DNA from: a virus
Lineage: Duplodnaviria > Caudoviricetes
Virus record (IMG/VR): IMGVR_UViG_3300010052_000199
Span: 1-31,096 of that record
Reading direction: 5' to 3' (one strand)
DNA length: 31,096 nt
Part shown: positions 26,589 through 31,096 of the stretch, piece after piece
Layout of the letters: every line of letters starts with the position of its first letter
Position numbering within the stretch: position 1 is the first letter of the stretch
The notes under the pieces: generated by a model
Databases searched by the model: none
What the model was told of the DNA's origin: nothing
Seen by the model: the letters and a program-made list of their open reading frames with translations, nothing else
Position numbers and translations under genes: made by a program

Positions 26589-26918
26589 TTATGCAGGCAA
26601 TATGGAACAGGAATAATTCCCGATTTTAGGATGCCTACCAGTAATTACGAGCTGATTACCTTCGAGTTTATATTCCTGGGCACTTGCCCAAAACTCTGAG
26701 GGAAAACTGTTGTAGTCAAATGACTTGTTTATCTCAATTACAACATTTCCAGAACTATAACCTGAAAACCAAATTCTCACATTTTGTTTGTCTTCAAGAA
26801 AATCATTGGGTGTGGTAATTACAATGTTCCCCTTGAAAGAAGACCAGCCATGACTTTTACTAAGCCCATGTAACTGTACAAAATCCGACAGAACGCTTAA
26901 ATTGTTTAATTTACTCAT
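26589..26918 (-). CDS. Hypothetical protein (109 aa)
   Basis: ATG ORF with its own terminator. Confidence 0.75.
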   Translation of the reverse strand: MSKLNNLSVLSDFVQLHGLSKSHGWSSFKGNIVITTPNDFLEDKQNVRIWFSGYSSGNVVIEINKSFDYNSFPSEFWASAQEYKLEGNQLVITGRHPKIGNYSCSILPA

Positions 26919-26997
26919 ATTTGTAATGTTTTAAATTTGGGATATATAACAAACAATCTCAAAAAAAGAAAATTCATTTACAAAATTTAAGATTATA

Positions 26998-27204
26998 CTA
27001 ATCACCACCTTTCATTAGTTCAATCAATTTCCCCTCCCATAAAGTGCTAGTTGGGATATCAATTTTTCTCATAAGTGTCAGTTTTTCTCTGTACTCATCA
27101 TCAAGGTCACTTTCGCTTTCGATAGAGTATTCTAAAATATAAGCGTACACTGAGCGAAATAAAAGCATGTAAAGTATTTCAAGTTCTTTGGGTGAAAAGT
27201 TCAT
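26998..27204 (-). CDS. Small hypothetical protein (68 aa)
   Basis: ATG ORF with plausible composition. Confidence 0.55.
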   Translation of the reverse strand: MNFSPKELEILYMLLFRSVYAYILEYSIESESDLDDEYREKLTLMRKIDIPTSTLWEGKLIELMKGGD

Positions 27205-27266
27205 ATCAATTAAATTATTTGTGAATCAAATATAGGTTTTCACCATAAATATTTCCCCTCAAAAAT

Positions 27267-27295
27267 AGAGGCCCTGCAATTAAGTGGGGCCTTTT
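27267..27295. terminator. Terminator-like hairpin
   Basis: AGAGGCCCTGC / GTGGGGCCTTT stem with A- and T-runs on the flanks. Confidence 0.6.
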
Positions 27296-27307
27296 GATTA
27301 TATTGAA

Positions 27308-27404
27308 CCTCACCCTCATGCGAGAAGCTGGATAAATAACATCTATTGAGGTCTGTGCATGAATAGGGTATAGTCTACTTGAGCAGGAAAATCCTGATGT
27401 GAGG
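27308..27404. ncRNA. Candidate structured RNA (three-way junction)
   Basis: Nested stems CCTCAC/GTGAGG, TCATGC/GCATGA, TGGAT/ATCTA, CAGGA/TCCTG; family not recognised. Confidence 0.3.
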
Positions 27405-27472
27405 ATATCCAAACCACCAGAAAATACTGGAAAAATAATTTACATTTTCCTGCAAATTATACCACCCTAACC

Positions 27473-27503
27473 TTGCAGGATTAAATCAATTTTTCTATCT
27501 TTG
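27473..27503 (+). promoter_or_regulatory. Bacteroidota housekeeping promoter for the 113-aa gene and resolvase
   Basis: TTG at 27473, 20-nt spacer, TATCTTTG at 27496-27503. Confidence 0.7.
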
Positions 27504-27557
27504 AATAGTTCAAATAAGGAACGCAAGTACTTTGAAATATTGAGATTACCACCAAAT

Positions 27558-27582
27558 AAAAAAGGGATGCGCTAACATCCCT
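27558..27582 (-). terminator. Hairpin in the 5' leader that reads as a minus-strand terminator
   Basis: AGGGATG-CGCTAA-CATCCCT preceded by an A-run. Confidence 0.55.
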
Positions 27583-27621
27583 CCCGTATCAAAGCTTACA
27601 CTTTAATACTTAAAAATAATC

Positions 27622-27963
27622 ATGACAAATATAAGAATAAGTTTTGAAACAGTGAATAAGCTGGCACAGCGTGAATTCAATACAGAAGAAACGCTAATAG
27701 TACTCAACAATCCTAGAGAAGTCTTTTGGAGTTGGGGCGTGTCAAAGGTCTTTAACTTTCATTCCAAGGCTCTACTGCTGTACGTTCAGGGCCATCATCA
27801 TAAAGGTTGGGTTGTTATTGCCCTAGCTTGGAATGATACTTACAGCTACTACCTTTTAAATCATGATGAAACCATCAAATCAGAGAAACATGAAGTTTAC
27901 TTTGACCAGTTGCAAGACCTGATTGATAAGGATGTAGAATATATAGATAATTACAGATACTAA
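27622..27963 (+). CDS. Mobile-element-type hypothetical protein (113 aa)
   Basis: FWSWG, VQGHHHKGWVVIAL...DTY, VYFDQLQDLID pattern recalled from Bacteroidota phage/ICE hypotheticals; function unknown. Confidence 0.85.
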   Translation: MTNIRISFETVNKLAQREFNTEETLIVLNNPREVFWSWGVSKVFNFHSKALLLYVQGHHHKGWVVIALAWNDTYSYYLLNHDETIKSEKHEVYFDQLQDLIDKDVEYIDNYRY

Positions 27964-28032
27964 TATTAACCAAGTGATATAGTTCTGATACGGGTGCTGG
28001 TGGTTTTCAATATCAAATCTTAATTTATTATC

Positions 28033-28677
28033 ATGAAAACAAAATCCATTGCCAGATACATTAGAGTATCAACTATTAACCAGAACACAGCATCCCAAGA
28101 AAAGACCAGTCCTGATGAGGTGGTATTCACCGATAAGGTTACAGGTACAATTCCATTTAAAGATAGACCAGCTGGAGCTAAACTCATAGAGGCTATTGAA
28201 TCGGGCCAGATAAAAGAGGTCCGTATCTACAGCGTGGACCGCTTTGGAAGGAGAGCATCTGATATATTAACTATGCTGGATTACTTTAAAGCAAAGGAAG
28301 TTAATGTATATGTGGAACAACTGAACATATCATCAATTGTAAATGGTACACCAAACTTATATTTTGAATTGGTTACTGGATTATTAAGCTGTATTGCACA
28401 AAGCGATAGGGAGAATATATTAGAGAAACAGGCAGCAGGAATCAAGGCTGCAAAAGCGTTGGAAGAAACCCAAGGTATTAAGGTTTACAAGGGCAGAAAG
28501 AAAGGGACGGGCTTAACAGATGAACAGCTTATAGCTAAATATCCGAAGGTTGCAAAAGAGATTAGACTTAATCCAAATCTTTCACTAGAGAAGCTTGCTG
28601 GTATTTGTAAGGTGGCACCGAATACGGTAAAGAGAGTTAAGGCTGCTATTGCTTCACGTTTAGCTGGTGAAGAATAA
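28033..28677 (+). CDS. Small serine recombinase (resolvase/invertase family) with C-terminal HTH
   Basis: YIRVSTINQ catalytic motif, DRPA, VDRFGR, YKGRKKG, SLEKLAGICKVAPNTVKRVK; 214 aa. Confidence 0.93.
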   Translation: MKTKSIARYIRVSTINQNTASQEKTSPDEVVFTDKVTGTIPFKDRPAGAKLIEAIESGQIKEVRIYSVDRFGRRASDILTMLDYFKAKEVNVYVEQLNISSIVNGTPNLYFELVTGLLSCIAQSDRENILEKQAAGIKAAKALEETQGIKVYKGRKKGTGLTDEQLIAKYPKVAKEIRLNPNLSLEKLAGICKVAPNTVKRVKAAIASRLAGEE

Positions 28678-28714
28678 CTAACATCTTATCATCAGGTGCA
28701 TAATTTTAAAATAA

Positions 28715-29227
28715 TTAAAAGCCTTCTTCTATAACTTTAGTTCTCAATGGTAGTTTAGTGATATTAATTATTAAACTACCATCAAGTTCGTGTTCTGGCT
28801 CATCGAACTTTGCATATTGTAACTGAACGGTCTGGGATTGCCATAAATATTCCCAGAGCCAACCTCCTTTGCCCTCAGTCCAACTATTCGGCTTTCCAAA
28901 AAGTACCTTAAGATTCTGCCCTAATTCAATTTCTGAATCTTTATCGGTCTTATTAATGTAGACTTGAATTTTATAAAGTTGGTCTTTATAAAAAGTCATT
29001 AGAATTGCATGAATACCAAGACTATAAATTTCTTTAATGTCGTCTCCTTGGTAAGAATAACATTTTATTTTCCCTTCATCTGAAACTAATGATAATGGTC
29101 CGCAGAGTGATGAGTTTGTACCTAATTTAAACTTATTAAAGCCGTTTTTTTCCTCAAGCTTTGATAAAGTTTGTGACAGCATTGGTGTACTTACTAGGAT
29201 ACTGATTATGATGATAAGGTATTTCAT
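28715..29227 (-). CDS. Secreted hypothetical protein (170 aa)
   Basis: Signal peptide MKYLIIIISILVSTPMLS-Q; ATG at 29227 preferred. Confidence 0.8.
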   Translation of the reverse strand: MKYLIIIISILVSTPMLSQTLSKLEEKNGFNKFKLGTNSSLCGPLSLVSDEGKIKCYSYQGDDIKEIYSLGIHAILMTFYKDQLYKIQVYINKTDKDSEIELGQNLKVLFGKPNSWTEGKGGWLWEYLWQSQTVQLQYAKFDEPEHELDGSLIINITKLPLRTKVIEEGF

Positions 29228-29248
29228 AAGATATAATTTCAAAATAAA

Positions 29249-29271
29249 TGAGGGAGCCAAAAGCCCCCTCA
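29249..29271 (-). terminator. Intrinsic terminator of the small peptide gene
   Basis: Minus strand TGAGGGGGC-TTTTG-GCTCCCTCA followed by TTTATTTT. Confidence 0.7.
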
Positions 29272-29288
29272 AACTACGTTGTTAGTAA

Positions 29289-29393
29289 CTACTTTTTGTT
29301 TGCTGAAAGAGCAGCTAAAATAGCTGTCCCAACTGAAGCAACTCCTGTTGCTACCGCAACTGTAGTAGCAAGGATTTTTGTAAACTTTTCCAT
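29289..29393 (-). CDS. 34-aa hydrophobic peptide
   Basis: MEKFTKILATTVAVATGVASVGTAILAALSANKK; own TATATTTG box (29485-29492) and terminator. Confidence 0.65.
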   Translation of the reverse strand: MEKFTKILATTVAVATGVASVGTAILAALSANKK

Positions 29394-29527
29394 TGCGTAA
29401 TAAGTTTTAAAGTTAATAAATGATTTCAATATAATTAACAATAAAAAACAACTTAAATCATGAACATCAACCAAAAACTTGTGTCAAATATATTAATTTT
29501 TACTAATAGGTATTTAATAGTAAAAAA

Positions 29528-29560
29528 AAAATAAAGGTAGCGTGTTGCTACCTTTATTTT
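29528..29560. terminator. Terminator overlapping the stop of 29554..29832
   Basis: 14-bp stem AAAATAAAGGTAGC-GTGTT-GCTACCTTTATTTT. Confidence 0.8.
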
Positions 29561-29832
29561 AATTTTGCGCTAAAAAACTTATGAACCTTTTTAAATTGTT
29601 CTTCTACATGTTTAGCAGACCATTTTTTACGGTGCATAAATCCCAATGTAAGTTCATCAAACTCTTCTAAAGTAACTTTTTCTTTTTCCGCGAATTTCCG
29701 AATCTCTTTCGCTCTATCCTCATCAAGTTTGTGTCCTGCAAAAATTCCATCTTGGTCTCCAAACATTCCTCCAAACCTTGTTCTGATATCATTTAAAGCT
29801 GTATATCTCTTTGCTTTTTCAGTTTCAGTCAT
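29554..29832 (-). CDS. Hypothetical protein (92 aa)
   Basis: ATG ORF ending in a terminator. Confidence 0.75.
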   Translation of the reverse strand: MTETEKAKRYTALNDIRTRFGGMFGDQDGIFAGHKLDEDRAKEIRKFAEKEKVTLEEFDELTLGFMHRKKWSAKHVEEQFKKVHKFFSAKLK

Positions 29833-29884
29833 AATATAAATTTTTCTCTAATTTATAAATATAAAATGAAATTGCAAACCTTTA

Positions 29885-30328
29885 CTAATCCCAACCTTCC
29901 GATAAGCAGCCGCCATTAAATCTCAAGCAACCATTTTCAAAAGTTAAGCCACCTCCACGTTTTAAACCCAAATCAACATCCTCTATTGCTAAAAAGCGAT
30001 ACTTGGCTCCATAAGTGTCTCTGGCAATATCTGACAAATAATAACTATGCACTTTCTCAGGTTCTTGCTTCCATTCCCATTGACCAAAGCGGGTCCAATA
30101 TTTTATTTCATTTTCGCTTATCTCAAATCGGTAATACCAAGTTGTTCCAAGGTCAGTAAAGCTGGTTGACCATTTGCCGATAATCACTTCTTTAATTGAA
30201 CCTGCATTTTCTATATCAATATTGGAACTACCCGAGTCGCTTTTCATGGTGTCCTGACATTTACTTATTAGTAAAAGGATACCAATCAGAAATATTGCAC
30301 CAATTCCAGTTAATATTTTATCTCTCAT
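29885..30328 (-). CDS. Membrane-anchored protein or lipoprotein
   Basis: N-terminal hydrophobic helix ending SKCQD; IIGKW lipocalin-like strand. Confidence 0.75.
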   Translation of the reverse strand: MRDKILTGIGAIFLIGILLLISKCQDTMKSDSGSSNIDIENAGSIKEVIIGKWSTSFTDLGTTWYYRFEISENEIKYWTRFGQWEWKQEPEKVHSYYLSDIARDTYGAKYRFLAIEDVDLGLKRGGGLTFENGCLRFNGGCLSEGWD

Positions 30329-30333
30329 GACTC

Positions 30334-30750
30334 TTATAATTCGACTTTAAATTTCTTATTTATTGGTTGATTCGGTAGTGTTGACAGAAGCGAAAAGGCT
30401 TTGTTCCTGCTATCGCCCCAGTCAACAACATTATTAAGTTGCATCCTAACAAAAGTTTGGGCATGGGGATAAGCGTTCGTACCACTGTTAACATGAACAC
30501 TATCACCCAGCTTTACAGGAAATCTCCAATTTTGTAATTGTTTTTCAACCCAAGGGCCATTGCCAGTTTTTGTTTTGTATGTGAAATCCTGGGTTTCAAG
30601 ATTGCTTTCACTTACAAACATTTTGAATTGCTGTGCTGGAGTTGGTTCAGCGGGATAGTTATTTTGAGGGTTAACAGGTGCTGCATCATCTGAGGAGCAT
30701 CCAATAGCTGATAATAGACCAGCAACTAAAAATAGTTTTAATTTATTCAT
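30334..30750 (-). CDS. Surface lipoprotein (138 aa)
   Basis: MNKLKLFLVAGLLSAIG-CSSDD: SPII site with acidic Bacteroidota export signal; ATG at 30750 preferred. Confidence 0.85.
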   Translation of the reverse strand: MNKLKLFLVAGLLSAIGCSSDDAAPVNPQNNYPAEPTPAQQFKMFVSESNLETQDFTYKTKTGNGPWVEKQLQNWRFPVKLGDSVHVNSGTNAYPHAQTFVRMQLNNVVDWGDSRNKAFSLLSTLPNQPINKKFKVEL

Positions 30751-30771
30751 ACTTAAGTTATTAATGTAGCA

Positions 30772-30856
30772 CAAATATAAAAAATATAAATAAATCCAGT
30801 CATATATGACTGGTTAAATACGTTACATTCTTTTTGTGGGGTAGTATTTACATTTG
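30772..30856. promoter_or_regulatory. Divergent promoters with a palindromic operator
   Basis: TATATTTG (minus, 30772-30779), perfect palindrome CCAGTCATATATGACTGG (30796-30813), TACATTTG (plus, 30849-30856). Confidence 0.7.
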
Positions 30857-30862
30857 GTATTC

Positions 30863-31096
30863 ATGGAAAGGAAAAAAGAAATACCACCAATTGTTGCACA
30901 GGTCGGGGCCAGAATTCAAGAAATCATAACTGAAAAAGGTCTGAAGGCGCGTGTAGTTGCGCACAATTCAGACCTTGATGATGAAGCCCTAAGGCGTTAT
31001 ATGAAAGGCAAGCAGATAATGGGTATAGATAAGATATACCGAATTGCTAACGCTCTTGAGGTTGAGATTTCCGAGCTGTTTAAATCAGAATCTTAA
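30863..31096 (+). CDS. XRE-family HTH transcriptional regulator (77 aa)
   Basis: VGARIQEIITEKGL...IYRIANALEVEISELF; ATG at 30863. Confidence 0.9.
   Translation: MERKKEIPPIVAQVGARIQEIITEKGLKARVVAHNSDLDDEALRRYMKGKQIMGIDKIYRIANALEVEISELFKSES

Larger units (their letters stand above)
1451..28677. mobile_element. Compact siphovirus-type prophage-like element; core 1451-25726, boundaries uncertain
   Basis: Initiator and origin, endolysin, prohead protease, capsid, portal, terminase, tail genes, tape measure, sigma factor, resolvase; no att repeats identified by eye. Confidence 0.85.

Noticed and set aside
27215-27412. 65-aa minus-strand ORF
   Set aside because: TTG start, runs through a terminator-like hairpin and the structured segment; no protein-like features
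28033-28677. Serine recombinase as the phage integrase
   Set aside because: Only 214 aa with resolvase architecture; lacks the recombinase and zinc-ribbon domains of large serine integrases. A role in mobility is not excluded

Overview
AT-rich Bacteroidota DNA (Flavobacterium-like, judged from TAnnTTTG promoter boxes and C-S-S-D-D lipoprotein signals). Most of the window is a compact siphovirus-type prophage-like element (about 1.45-25.7 kb, possibly to 28.7 kb). It carries an HTH replication initiator beside a 7-repeat iteron origin, a C5 DNA methyltransferase pseudogene, and an M15 endolysin invaded by a GIY-YIG homing endonuclease, with a duplicated endolysin C-terminus. It also has a full head/tail/terminase set with no visible lesions, a GT-A-like gene inside the tail operon, an HNH endonuclease and its own sigma-70 factor. 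No integrase, att site, cI/cro switch, helicase or spanin is recognisable; the only recombinase is a small serine resolvase. Signals not explained by gene annotation: (i) two element-specific bipartite promoter-like motifs that suggest a sigma cascade; (ii) a homing endonuclease that appears to carry a replacement 3' half of the gene it invaded; (iii) a 113-aa gene whose 5' and 3' flanks are extensively complementary, with a structured-RNA candidate just upstream; (iv) host-promoter-driven accessory operons on both flanks. All product calls come from motif recognition by eye; no database searches were run.
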